DNA from: Lingula anatina
Lineage: Eukaryota; Animalia; Brachiopoda
NCBI GenBank assembly: GCA_051362555.1
Contig: CM120640.1
Span: 19,778,001-19,842,000 of the forward strand
Direction of reading: 5' to 3'
Length of the DNA stretch: 64,000 nucleotides
The position numbers and the translations under genes are program-made. Shown piece after piece: positions 51,618 through 64,000 of the stretch (its first letter is position 1; the number at the start of each line of letters is the position of its first letter). The notes under the pieces are model-generated. The model saw only the letters and a list, made by a program, of their open reading frames with translations, did no database searches and had not been told where the DNA came from.

Positions 51618-53272
51618 ATGGAAGTGAAAGAGGGGCAAGATTTGCATCACGAAGAGCAGCGAGCTGAATTTTACAGGTTGCTGGATGCTCATATTCAAAA
51701 TTCGACCATAGAAAACGCAACACTCACTGTATTACTCAAGAGTGCTATGATAAAGCAGTCACTGCATTGCAACTGGACAGGGGTGTCAAGTGCTCGGATG
51801 GAAATAATTTTAAGTTCTGGGCGTCGAAACGTTTCAAGCTTCAACAAATTGGATCTCGCAAAATTTTATACTGCAAGAAGACATCCACACCTGTAGTACC
51901 TAAAGAAGATCTGTTTTCCAGTATAAAGATGTAAGCGCCCTTTTATAAATTACATGTATATTAGCATCAATTGGTTTGAAAATGAAAGGCAGTTATGCAT
52001 ATAAAAACCCATATACCAGGTATGATTAAAATTTTTGATTAAGCCATAAAAAAAAATAAATAAATAAATAAATAAATAAAGTCAGCACTAATTGAAGAAT
52101 ACTACATACATGTGTAAGTGCAGTTATGGTAGTGGATTCTTCTTGTAATCCAAGTAAATAGTTTCATTAATAAGCTCAATCTTATGAATAGGGTTATTTG
52201 TTTAATTTAATGAGGAAATCTACATTTTTCTCCTATATTTCATATTATATTATCTACTATTTCTCAATTATCACATGAAAAGTAGATGCAAAAGGGTGTA
52301 TTTCCCTATATAAATTGTTCTTGATTAAAAAAAACTACCTCATTTACGTACTTACATTTGATTTAACATGCATCTTTTTTTATTTACAATTAATAAACAG
52401 TCTTACTTAAGGTTTTCCAAAGACTGAAATTGATGATTGGCAATGGCGTCACATATATGTATTTTTGGTTACTTTGGTTTTAGTTATGTATTGAAGAAAT
52501 AATGTGAAAATCCATATTTTGCTTTAAGGTGCCACTTAAGAGTTGGACACTGTAGACGTGACAAAACCTGGAAGAAGTCAAGAAATATTATGCTGGAATC
52601 CGTGCAGATACTGTGAAGTTGTATCTGAGCACGTGCACGGATTGCTTAACCAGACTAGCCCTAAAGAAGTCATCTGTGGGAAAAGATATCATTTCCATCG
52701 GCTTTATGACCAATCTATATATGGACCTGATTGACATGTCGAGTAGGGAGCATCATGGGAACAGGTGGATCCTCTATCTGAGAGACCACTTCTCTAAATT
52801 TAGTTGGTCATATGCACTCTCATCAAAATGCGCTTCAGAAGTTGCAGAAAAGCTAACATCACTTTTCTGTCTTTTCGGTCCACCTAGAATTTTGCAGTCA
52901 GATGATGGCAGGGAGTTTTCTATACAGTTGTTTGATGAACTTGCCACAGTTGAAATGGAAAATGAAGATTTACTGTTGAAGTTGGGGAAGTGGGTAGAAG
53001 AAAATCCCCACAAATCATGGGTTGACGGCCTTCAGTATGTAACATATACCCTCAACACCACAGTTAGTTCCACAACAGCTAAATCACCATATGAAGTTGT
53101 GTTTAGACAACCACCACACACAGGCAGTGCCCTCCTGGGCATCCTAGTTAAACAAGAGCCGGATGAAGAAGTGACCAATGAGGAGGATATGGAAGGTTTC
53201 TTCACAGACTGCGACCAGCTTGACCAGACTGAGCATGGGTCAGGGCGGAACCAGCACCCGAGTATGAGGTAA
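51618..53272 (+). pseudogene. Decayed, intron-containing DDE integrase of Ginger2/KRBA2-SCAND3 type
   Basis: Exon 51618-51930 (frameshifted; ...FKFWASKRFKL...VVPKEDLFSSIK), GT-AG intron 51931-52528, then the H2C2 finger CHLRVGHCRRDKTW [frameshift] ...LSTCTDC and the rve core MDLIDM...DHFSKF...FGPPRILQSDDGREF...SPYEVVF. The segment before the third acidic residue appears deleted. Confidence 0.8.
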
Positions 53273-55434
53273 AGCCTTTCAACAGCAGCACAACCAGCAG
53301 CCTACTCAACTATGGTGCTCCTACAGGTAATCATGGAAGGGAATACTTGCAACCTCCTCTGTGGAGCTGAAACTATTGCAACTGGGGTTGAGGAAGGAAG
53401 ACTGTCCACAGAGAGACTGTTCAAAGCAAGTTTCAGGGTATATTTGAGAGAACAGGAGTCATAGATTCACACTACACCCTCTCACATAACAATCCAATCA
53501 ATGAACCACTCGCTGAAGGCCAGTTTGTTACTTGGAACTTGACGAATGTCACTCCACTGGATGCTCTAGACACACCACATGAAATGAGAAGATTTCAAGA
53601 AGATACTGGGTGATCAGAATTCCTCAAAATATCGTGGGATCTAAGTATCTCAGTGAATTTATTAACTCAATTTATAATTTATAGTTTTATTTAGGACAAA
53701 CAATATTTTTCTAAAAACTAACATTCAATTTATTAATTCTTGTTTTGAACCTTACTAAAATTCATTTACATAATGCAACCAGTAGTATTGAACTGTGCTC
53801 TGTGTAAAAAAACTTTGAGTGAGTGCCTCAGTTTGAGACACAAGTAGGAGGAACAATGAGCATAATTACCTTATCAGTAATCTCTTAACCTCACAGGATA
53901 ATAAGTAACTTAAGTGTTAAAACAACTGTACAAGTGAATCAGTAATATTTTTATTATTGTTCCTCCTATTAATAAAACCCTCTGACAGTTTACAATGTTT
54001 TACAGTTTTAAGTGCATGGTGAATTCACCAATCTAATGGATATCTTGAATAAGTGGACTGCTTTTTTACTTTTAGCGGCCATTATTGGTATTATACACCT
54101 GAAGAAGCAGATTTTGATGCTGAATACATACCATGGTGCTTTCTAACCTTTATATGAAGCCATTTAAAGACTATGTACTTGACGTTTTTATTTAAAAGGG
54201 TATTTTCGACGGCCATCTTGGATTTGGCGGCCATTTTGGAATTTTCAGACATGCCCATATATCCACAATTGCTTAGAATTTCATTGTCAACAACTGTGCC
54301 AAATTTCATGCTTGTGAGCAAAAATGCACAATTTTTAACCAAATTCCTGGACTATTTTCGAGGATTTTGTTTCTACTTATTACTTTTACCTGTACTTTTA
54401 CTTCACGTAATGGAGATAAAGGTGGTTGAATTTCAGTCGTGACGGTAAAAACCAGTCTTGTTTAGGATATATAGAAATAATTGATTAATTTGTGTTCTAA
54501 AAGAGACTAATGCGCATTGTATGGCTTTCATAATATTGCTGGGGTCCCTCACCCTTGCGCGAGTGTGTGGCTCTTTCTCCTGAATAATTCAAGCAAGTAA
54601 ACCATGTTGTATTTTCTCTTCATTTTGCTGTTACACCCGAATTTCAATACAAAAAGCGGAGGTGTTCCCTTACATATTTGATGACTTGGCGACAAACGTT
54701 TCGCTACTACAAAATAAAGTCGACGCCAGATTTTGAGACACCGGCGTGCATAAAAAACTTTAAACACCTTTGATGTGAGCAATGGTGTATCTAGGAGGTG
54801 ACATGGAAGGTGTAGGGCACATGCCCAGAACGCCACTTGAAGGGGGTGCAATTTTGTGATGAAGTTATCGTGGTATTGAATGTCAAGCGTTGAGACAGGG
54901 GTCGGACTGGGACGAGATTTAAGAGCTTGTCAGAGTTCGTTCGTTCAAAAACTTGTCATCTGAAAGTGGATCACTGAAAGTGGAGGGGGGCAATATAGCA
55001 CAAAGGACTTCTCACCCAGTTCTTAGATGAATAAAACTAAACGTTTTGTTTGTCTAAGGCCGAATCCACCCATGGCACAGTTGCTCTAAATTTGAAGCAC
55101 TACGCAAGATTTATTCATTCATTTATTTATTTATTTATTTATTTATTTATTTGCGCATACATGTTTGTTTGGTTGTGGTTCGATAAAGTCAGTGACAAAT
55201 ACACAAATGTTAGAATATTTTTTGCATAGAAACAATACAATGAATTGTGCGTCTACAAAGTTTTTTCTTTATATAAACATCTATACACGATACATTTCTA
55301 TCTAGAGCATTGATATTTACAAATCTGGCGTACGTTTTTGTCTATCACTACCGGTATATGTGCATTTCACTCGAAAACGCCAAAAGTCTCTAATACAAAT
55401 CCCATCTTTAAAGTAAAACGACATTAGAGCATTT

Positions 55435-58400
55435 TCATAATGTCAGTGCAAACAATATCAACATAAATGTTGGTGTAAGTGTGAATGCTTTACTGGTTGT
55501 ACACGACATTTCTTCTGAAGACATCCTGATTCGGCCTTCTAATCCTTGATATATCGGAGAGTACTTTTGGATAAAGTCCATTATAACATCTGAATCTAGG
55601 CTGTCTGGAATCGTAAATTCAAAGAATAGCAAAATTACAAAAACGAGAAATGGACAAGCAAACATTAATTTAACAGTTCTCGAAGCTGTGAAAAATCGTT
55701 TGTCAGTCACCCTACATACAGCGGTTTCTCGCTGAACATCCTTCGTACCGGGGTACTTGCTCTAGTAATATGCACGAACGAGGTCTGCGCAATGCAGGGT
55801 TTTAAATACCGCTATAATTAGCTTAAAGCCAGCAGGCTGACAACGACAACTCATTCCTGTGAAAAACCTACTAATTAAAAAAATCACCCAAGAGGTTTTT
55901 ATACTGGCATTCTAAATTGATATCAAAACCTTTATTAAACAAGAATTATTAGTATAAAATATTTTAACTGGTATTTTCCTTTTCTTTTCTTGCTTTAAAC
56001 CGAAAACATACGCAGGACCTACCTATTCCATACGGATATAAAATGTTCTCTTTCAAAACGTCATATGCATCTCCTCCCCCCATTAAGAAAGTGTTGGTGA
56101 CCACATCGTATGATTTTGTCTTAACAAGGGGCTGGAACTCGGGGACTGTACAGTCAGCGCACCTGACGTCAATGCTGACCACTCGACGGCCCACTGGCTT
56201 AGACAGGTCATACACAACTCGAAGACCTGAAGATAAATACATATGTAATGACTCTAAAACTTCAAAATAAAGATAAAGTTATTACATTTATGACACCGGT
56301 GGCCGATCCAGAAGTTAACAATTTGACAATTGGCAATAGAATGGAAAATGCGCTAGTGACCTAATACGTCATTTGTTGATAATAATTTTTTGCACGCTAT
56401 ACACTGTATTAGGTATGCCCTTACACCAGCACACTTATTTTGACATAGTCTAAAGCATGTTATATAGGCATACCATGAAAATGTTTGTCTCTACAAAAGC
56501 AATTGTCCATTTAACTACATGTATGAGACGTCTTACCTGAGACCTGTAAGAAACGACCGCTTCTCTTCTCGTATTCAGAAACAGAATGTTCCATGAGTTC
56601 CCAAAGCGTACTTCCACTTATCCTGACGATGTCTACACCATTACCGAATGGTGCGGCACTCAGTACGTCTGACACGTAAATGTCACCTAGTGAATCAAAA
56701 ATTAATCATTTTGTGATGATATTCATAATAGTTATAATAAAATGGCGAACCAATTCATCATAAAATGAATAATCGTTCCAACATATTTTCACGAGCACTG
56801 CTTACTATTTGCTATATTACCACAAAGACAAATTCTGGTACATTTTGTGTGGGAGAGAGATTGTAAGAGAGATATCATGAATATTCATTAAAATTTATAC
56901 GCAAGTATAATATTGTTAGACGAGATTCATGTCTGTCAATGAATCGATGGATAAACTAAATAAAACTGCCAATGTAAAAAAAAAAACAAACACAATAAAC
57001 GAACATCACGTGATCGTAGAAGCAATTAAGAGAGGTGCAAAGGCACATTTTGCAACCGGTTACTAAATTAGTTCGGTCGTAAAAAAAACGGTTCTGCAGA
57101 GGATGACGGGAGTGGTTAGAAATACCAATATCGATTGGTGCTCGTATCCCGCCGCTGTTCCACAGGCCAATGGAGGCATTGGTCCATCTCGTTCCGTCAG
57201 TGGGTTTCAAGTAGGTGTCAACTAAGGCGTCTGCTATCAGATTACCTGGGAAACGTGAAGAAAAATGATGCATATCTCTATTTTGTTCGATTATTTTTTA
57301 TGGTAGAGAATTTGACAGCCGAACGAAGAAACTTCTCATGATAAACATGAAACTTCATGAAGTTGTCCAGACTCAACCAAAATAAAAAATTGGTGACAAT
57401 TTTAAAGTCCCTCAGTCCCAATCTGCCCAAGCAACACTGAATATTAGAAAAAATAACATTAGCAATATGATATTCAGTATGCTTAATAGTTACAAGAGTA
57501 AAAATATTTTAATACTTTAAAGAAGGAATATAACACGTTTACCAAAAACACATTCAGCCAGGCGGCATTTCGCATTATCCATGAAGACCAGGCTGTAGCC
57601 TATCTTTTGTGAACCATATGCCGTAACTCGTTGTTGCCACGGCTGCATCTCTGTCAGTGTAGCATTATCTAAAATGAGAAATAAAAATATATAATATATC
57701 GCAACAAAACCCCGTAGTAATGCGTTTTCATGGTGGAATCAGTTATTTCCCCATTTGAACAAGAGTATATTATTAATATCAAAGGTATCGTTCTTTTTGT
57801 CCTTTAGGTTCACGAGGAGATGCATTATCAAGCGTGTGTCTTGGCTTAAAAACCAAGTGAAAATGCAAACAAAAATTGCTTTCAAGCTCTCACTCGGTTT
57901 GAACCATGAGGAAACAAAAAGTGTCTGAAAAACCTCACAAAGGACTGGGAGTGCGTACATGTAACTCGCAGAATTGACGGAACAGGATAATCGATGTGAA
58001 CGCCTCAGAAATCCTTAAGTTATATTTTTCCTGCAAATATCAGATATGCGGTCGCTTTAAATGTCCGTCACGTTTACAATTTTACAGAAAAGTATATAAT
58101 GTTACATTTTCCTTAGACCTCGAAAAATAATAACTACAAACAGTTAAATATTAGGTACAGAATTTCTCAAAGTACTTAACATTTCTTGACACCAACGATG
58201 CGATCATTGCTTTTACCTTCCGTAATGTTTTTATCCAGTAGAATAGGGTTACCACTCCATGATGTCACAATTCCCGCTGCATCGAATGTTACACGTAAGT
58301 GCCCCAAATATTTAGCCATCCAAAAGTCAGAAACTAATAACACTTTGCCACCAGACGCCTGGGTTATAACGGTTGGGTACTCGCCTTCTGGAATTTCTTT

Positions 58401-58463
58401 ATCTGGTGGGGTACCTGTGCACAAATCATTACATATTTTTACACTAGCATTGAAGTGTCTACT

Positions 58464-58495
<32 letters not shown>

Positions 58496-61400
58496 AGGAG
58501 ATTACCTTTTATCACCGAAAGATACCGTAACTGATATTTTGCGTTGAATTGGGTTCTTTTTAAGAGGGATAGAGAGAGGCATTTACTTACCGGTATAAAG
58601 AAATGTGTTAGTGTGCCCGCCAACGATTATATCCACTCCTGACACTTGTTCAGCAATCTTTTTATCTACAGAAAACCCAGAATGTCCCAATACAATGATT
58701 TTATTGATACCCTGTGACGTTAACCTTTCGACCTCTGCTTGAACAGCCGAAACCTCGTCGGTAAAAATCAAGTTGCCTGGAAAAACATAACATAAGAATA
58801 ACATAAAAATATTGTCAAGTATTGAAATCAACAAGTCTCTTCTTTATCTTGAAATTGCTTTTTAAATCCAGGTTTCAAGACTGAGGCCAATTGAACGCGT
58901 CACATCTCTCACGGTTTTCACTTTGTGTGGGCGCCCACACATCAGCAGGACTGATTGTAGAGTGAAAATTAATATTAAGATTTGCAGGACAACTTATCAA
59001 TAGATAGATACTTTAATACTTATGTATACATAATAGTAGGCTAAATAACACAATGTAATAGTGTAATAAGAATAAGAATAATAATTAAGTGACACTTTTA
59101 AGTCACTTTACGGACAGGTAAAGTGCTCATTTTCTTATTTGAGTAGGGAAGGTTTTACCTGGGCTTGATATGGTCGGTGTGGCCCTATATGTGCAACCGA
59201 CAACCCCTATCTTCTCTCCGCCCACATCTAATACTGTTGACTTGTTGAACAGCCCTTGTATTTCTGGAACATTACTGGCGTCGATATTAGCACTTATTAC
59301 AGGGAATGTGACGTTTTGAAGAAAAGGAAGAAGGCCGCTAACCTTATTATCAAACTCGTGATTGCCTAATACCTGAAAGAAAGTAAAACATTTCTTAATC
59401 ATAGTTAGTTTTTATAATATTCAGTAAAATTTAGACATACTCATCAGATCGAATTTATCTTTTAATCTCATTCTTGTCACCGTTTTGACTGAGCAGTGAT
59501 TTCTCACCCACAATGCCGCCCACCTTTACATAATGGTGGTCACTATAAGTGCTCATTCCCATAGAAGCTATCGTTCTACGTAGATCAATCCAACTCTAAG
59601 GGGACTGCCGCTGAATTCAATCTGTTGAACAGGTAAACACGCCTCTTCTTGTTTCCAACGTAATCGTATAATTAATCATCAGTTTTTCTTTATTCTACGC
59701 CAGAAGGAAGCGTGTTATTCCGTTTAATATCTCCCTGCAACTAATTATTCAATAATCATCTAATGATTTAATGATTAAAACAACTGAAACTACCTCTAAA
59801 ATATAAAATGACGGCGTTTACATTTCGCATTGATGAGGATAAGCATAGACACCCCAAAGCGTCATTTTAAAAAACGTATCTATTTCGAGACTTCATCCCT
59901 GAGCAACATCTTATCACGAAAATTGGCATAGGTGACGACAAATGTAGGGACTTCAATCCTGTGCCGTCATTTTAGTTTAAAGGTTTTTGTCGTGGAGTTA
60001 TAACCCCCTCATTACAATTCATCATTGAACAAAGGTTGTTTTTTTGCCTTATTTACGATAAAACCTGAACTAAGGCTTTTACGAAAATTCGCCGGCAGGG
60101 CTTTGAAGTACTCAGTGGCGTTATGTCATTAAATTGACTTTAAAACGATGTTCATGGGTGCTCAGGTAAAGGAGAGATTTGGGAAACCTTTATTGCTTTT
60201 TTTTTTGCCCCGAAATGGCAATTATGACGTCATCGGTAAGATCACATTTGTGTAAATGCTAAGAAATATACTAACTTAAAATTAAAGATTTATCGATTAT
60301 TCCCCCCCCCCAAAAAAAAAATAAAAAATTAATAAGGCAGTACATAAATCCTGACAGTGCCCTTCATGTCAGAGTCGCTGTGTTGGCTGTCTCAGTTTAA
60401 TATATATATATAGTAGATGAACGTCCAATGTTTTATCATTATTCATCTAGTACGGCCCCACACTGACCCTAGATGTATATTCAAATAACATGCAATTTGA
60501 CTAAGATCTTCTTGTAACCCCTACCAGGCCCGCGGAAAATATGTGTATTCTTCTCTATCACAGACAACATAATGAACGTGTATGCAGGAAGGACGACGTG
60601 GGTGACCCATGTAAAACTCCTTTTCCAGTATGGTTTCAGCTATGCCTGGATCGTGGATGAGTTAGGAGCTGCTACAGAGTTTATAAACCAATTCACGCAC
60701 GAGTGACAGACTGTGCATTACAAAAGACATTTGCTGATATAAGCTCATCGTCAAAGTGCTCATTATACAAACAGTACAAAACTGTTTTAAATCCAGAAAG
60801 ATATTTGTCATTACCACTGTCTTATACACAGAAACGTGCTTCATCAAAATTTCGCTGCTCAAGCAACAGTCTCATGATTGAAAAAGGACGCCATATGAAT
60901 ATAAAAAAAGACCGTAGATTTTGCCCATATTATTTGACTCGGAAAGTTTATACTATAGAAAACGAGGTACACTTTCTACTATTGTGTCCGTTGTATGATT
61001 TGGGGGAGAGATATTTCAGAACAAAATGGACAAAACAGTAAAAATGAACGATTATTTACTTTAATTATGTCTGACATTAGTAAGATGGCATATTCTCATT
61101 AGCAAGATTTTTAACTAGTGCATTTGCATTGAGAGAAAAGATTTGTTGCTATTGAAGTGAGTTTAATTCACAGTGTTGATTAAGAACATGACTATTAAAG
61201 CGTTTACAATCAATTAAAATCTTTAAAAAGAGGACTATTATGGATATATGTTCATATTTATTCAGTGCACATTATTACATTACTACTAGTGGAAAATTAT
61301 GGTGAAGTTGCACATGTATTTTGGGTCGGAGGCCTTAAATTACGGAATAAAGATCAATCAATCAATTTATCTAAAGACATATCTGTGAATACCTAGTGAA

Positions 61401-63698
61401 AAAAGCAATCGACTGTGGCCTTGGTAGAAGGTAAGATTAATGTAACCTCCCATCACGGCAGGTTAATTAATCATCAAATTCCACGAAAGTTTGGTTTATT
61501 TTCATTTAAACATTTTCACTTGTACTCGATGTCTGGGTGTTTTAGTTGACCTGTGATAGAGAAGCGGGTATTGTTAAACTCCTCATTTATCACTCATCAA
61601 AATTTTATATTTAATTTTTTTTATCGATCATTTTTCATTTATTTTTACACCCCATCTGTGTACATTTATATCGAACATTTTAAAATGTTTACCCCCCCCT
61701 CCCCCCAATCTTCGCATCTTTGCTGCCAAATAAGTCTCCAAAGATTTACTCTCTACCAGGGCCAAAGATGGATTTTTCACTAGATATTCACAGATAAATA
61801 AGACGGTTATTTTGTTCTCTCGCGATAGAGAATAGTACACATATATTTTCCGAGGGCCTGGTATAGGGTATCCAGGATTAACTGTTAAAGACTACGCAAC
61901 ATAACGCTGCCGTGGAATCTGTGGTCTTTTCGCATCGAGTGGTACAGTTTTCTGTATCATACCAATTTGAGACATCGACAATTTGTTTGATCGACAATTT
62001 GATTTACATAAGAAAGTCGCCTATATATAGCCCCATCCCGACAAAATCAATAAAAAATGGAATATCAGTGATTAGTGTATTGGGGCTTGTGACAGAGAGT
62101 ACAACCCCTCGTGGCGTAATCACATGTCAGAATAGCAGTTGTGAATGGTAGTCCTAGGAATGCAGGACCGGGGGCCTATATGATTAGAACAGGTTAGATT
62201 AGTCGAAGTATTTGGGTTAAAGTATGGGACGAACGTCACCTGTACAAATTAATGTGGAACGGACTACAGTTCCTAGCAGACTACCATTTCTATCACACCT
62301 GCCAAATACAGGCAGTGTTGAAATATATCGCTAGCGGTCTCTTTTGAGAAGACCTACAGAGTACTTACACTAGATGGGGCGTAACTCGCTTTCACAAGTT
62401 TGCTTGCTACTGTAAGGTGGAAATTCTGACATAAGCATGCGCACCATGACACAATACAAATATGTCGAACAACGAGCATAGCGCAGTGAGTGGGTCGTGT
62501 CGAGTGCGGGAGCTCCGTTTAAGCGATTCTCGTTCATAATAGCCAGGCTATTAATAAGCTGCCAATCTATCAAAACAGAACGTTAAAGATGTAACGCTAC
62601 GCAATGAACTTTTCTGCAGACCTCTGAAAAACAAAACGTGGTCTGTTACTGGCTGTTTCGCCAAATACAAAAGTCAAGAAGTATATAGATGACAAACTTA
62701 CGAACGAACCTCTGTATGAATGAGATAACGCAAAAGTATGTTACAATAACCGAACTTAAGTTCCGCTTGCTGACACAAGCAACCGTAAGATGACGAAAAC
62801 GTTGTGAAATAGCGACCACGAAAAGCTGCGTTATTAACTCAAGAATATTACTGGTCAAGAGCATAGTGGCGCGCGACCTTGATTACAATCAGTTGGAATA
62901 TTAAGGAGCTGTCAAAACAGCGTCAATGAAAAGGTGAGTGTTTGCTCGGACTCTCAGGAGCGACATGTACGTTGCCGGTCCTTTCATTTCATTCGTCCTA
63001 GAGCTACCCTAGAGCGGACTTGCGTCTCATTTGCATACATTAGTTTCACATAAGAAGTTTAAAGGTGATAGACAAACAAAGTTAAGTAATAGTAGGTCAC
63101 ACTGGAGAAAGCAAGTTAGAAGTTGTTCACTTTTCATTGGTTACCAAGCTGTTAAGTACATCAACATCAACCAGCTCACCGCCCGAGAAGCTTCACCTGA
63201 CCTAGGTACTTTGTAAGAAATATTATACCCTCTAGCAGGGACACAAATTGGTTTTCACTGCATTCTTACAGATGTGTCTCTAGCTTAATCGTGGCACATT
63301 TCTCAAAAGTGCAAATAATTAATCTGCGGCCCTGGTAAGAAGCAGAAACACTATATACCCATACTAACCATAGCATCGTACTTCAGTTTATTCATGAAGT
63401 ATGATGTCGCCATCCCCTTGTAGATGGTGAACCACAATGTGCCTTGGAACTGATCCCCAGCGTCCAATAACACCACGTTCTGTTCAGCGTTACGAATTTC
63501 CTCGATTTTAGTGTATCTTCGTGCCACTCCCCCGAAACATTCCCCCGCTTCTGCCTCTGTTTCCGAGCACCTGCCTCCATACTTGTCAAATTGTTCAAAC
63601 CGTGCATGAACATCGTTGGTGTGTAAAATAGTCAAATTAAATCCATAGCTTAGAGCGAAACATGTAAAGTAGAAACCGATTTTGACGAGCGTCTCCAT
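55435..63698 (-). CDS. NT5E: Ecto-5'-nucleotidase (CD73)-like paralog D, 9 exons, ~565 aa, GPI-type tail
   Basis: Exons 63698-63369, 59372-59159, 58776-58591, 58414-58217, 57668-57543, 57245-57126, 56686-56537, 56226-56023 and 55604-55435 (1698 nt, open). HTNDVH, DAGDQFQG, GNHEFD, GHSG, GGHTNT, CRLAEC, NSGGIR, PFGN. Tail SCTTSKAFTLTPTFMLILFALTL. Confidence 0.93.
60500..61366 (+). mobile_element. 5'-truncated LINE 3' end (RTEX-like) in NT5E-D intron 1
   Basis: Degenerate ORF2 C-terminus KFRCSSNSLMIEKGRH...RRFCP...IENEVHFLLLCPLYD, followed by AATAAA and an (ATCA)n tail at 61346-61366. Confidence 0.7.
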
Positions 63699-64000
63699 CT
63701 TTCCGTCTCCCAGTATTTATAACTAAGGCGAGTGTGCTTTGTTTGGTCACGGTTTCACTTAATATGCTAACCGTACCTCGAGTTCAAATAAGCTACCCGC
63801 ATGACTCTACACACTCCCTCTACACCGCCTCTTCCGATGTCACCGCGTCATGGTTAATCTACAGTTTCCCCCCTGAAACTGTCACGTATCATAATTGCAT
63901 AACAAAAGAAATACATAACATGTACGGCTAATTAAAGTTGGGGTCTTTAAAAAATCACTGTGGTAACACAAAGGACAGTGAAACAATTTGCATGTTCAGA

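Noticed and set aside
54091-54442. ORFs with SKMAAKSKMA-type translation and a CTGAAGAAGCA..TGC string
   Set aside because: GCCATCTTGG/GCCATTTTGG motifs are typical of a non-coding DNA-transposon-derived repeat whose ends I could not define. There is no GAAA box for a hammerhead.
63712-63724. TATAAA on the - strand upstream of NT5E-D
   Set aside because: It is only ~20 nt from the ATG, so a start site 25-30 nt downstream would fall inside the CDS.

Overview
This is AT-rich, intron-containing animal DNA, probably from an invertebrate; the taxon cannot be fixed from sequence alone. It begins with a complete 4-exon ODF3/SHIPPO-repeat ciliary gene (-) and an intronless class A GPCR with an atypical TM3 (+). 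Most of the window is a tandem array of four 9-exon ecto-5'-nucleotidase (NT5E/CD73-like) paralogs on the - strand, called A-D here, plus a fifth fragment. C and D look canonical, with all metal ligands and a GPI-type tail. A is intact but has Arg in place of the metal-ligand His (GGRTNT instead of GGHTNT) and a Pro-rich linker plus amphipathic Gly-terminated peptide instead of the GPI-type tail. B is A's tandem duplicate; it carries a GPCR 3' remnant and is disabled by a 16-nt deletion and a nonsense codon into which a Harbinger element inserted. Introns and spacers hold Penelope-type hammerhead ribozyme motifs inside inverted repeats, a 131-bp near-perfect hairpin insertion, HINE/DINE-1-like elements (one ~4 kb with two internal tandem arrays), Kolobok-like and hAT5-like MITEs, a decayed spliced Ginger2/KRBA2-type integrase and a LINE 3' end. 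All gene models and alignments were made by eye.
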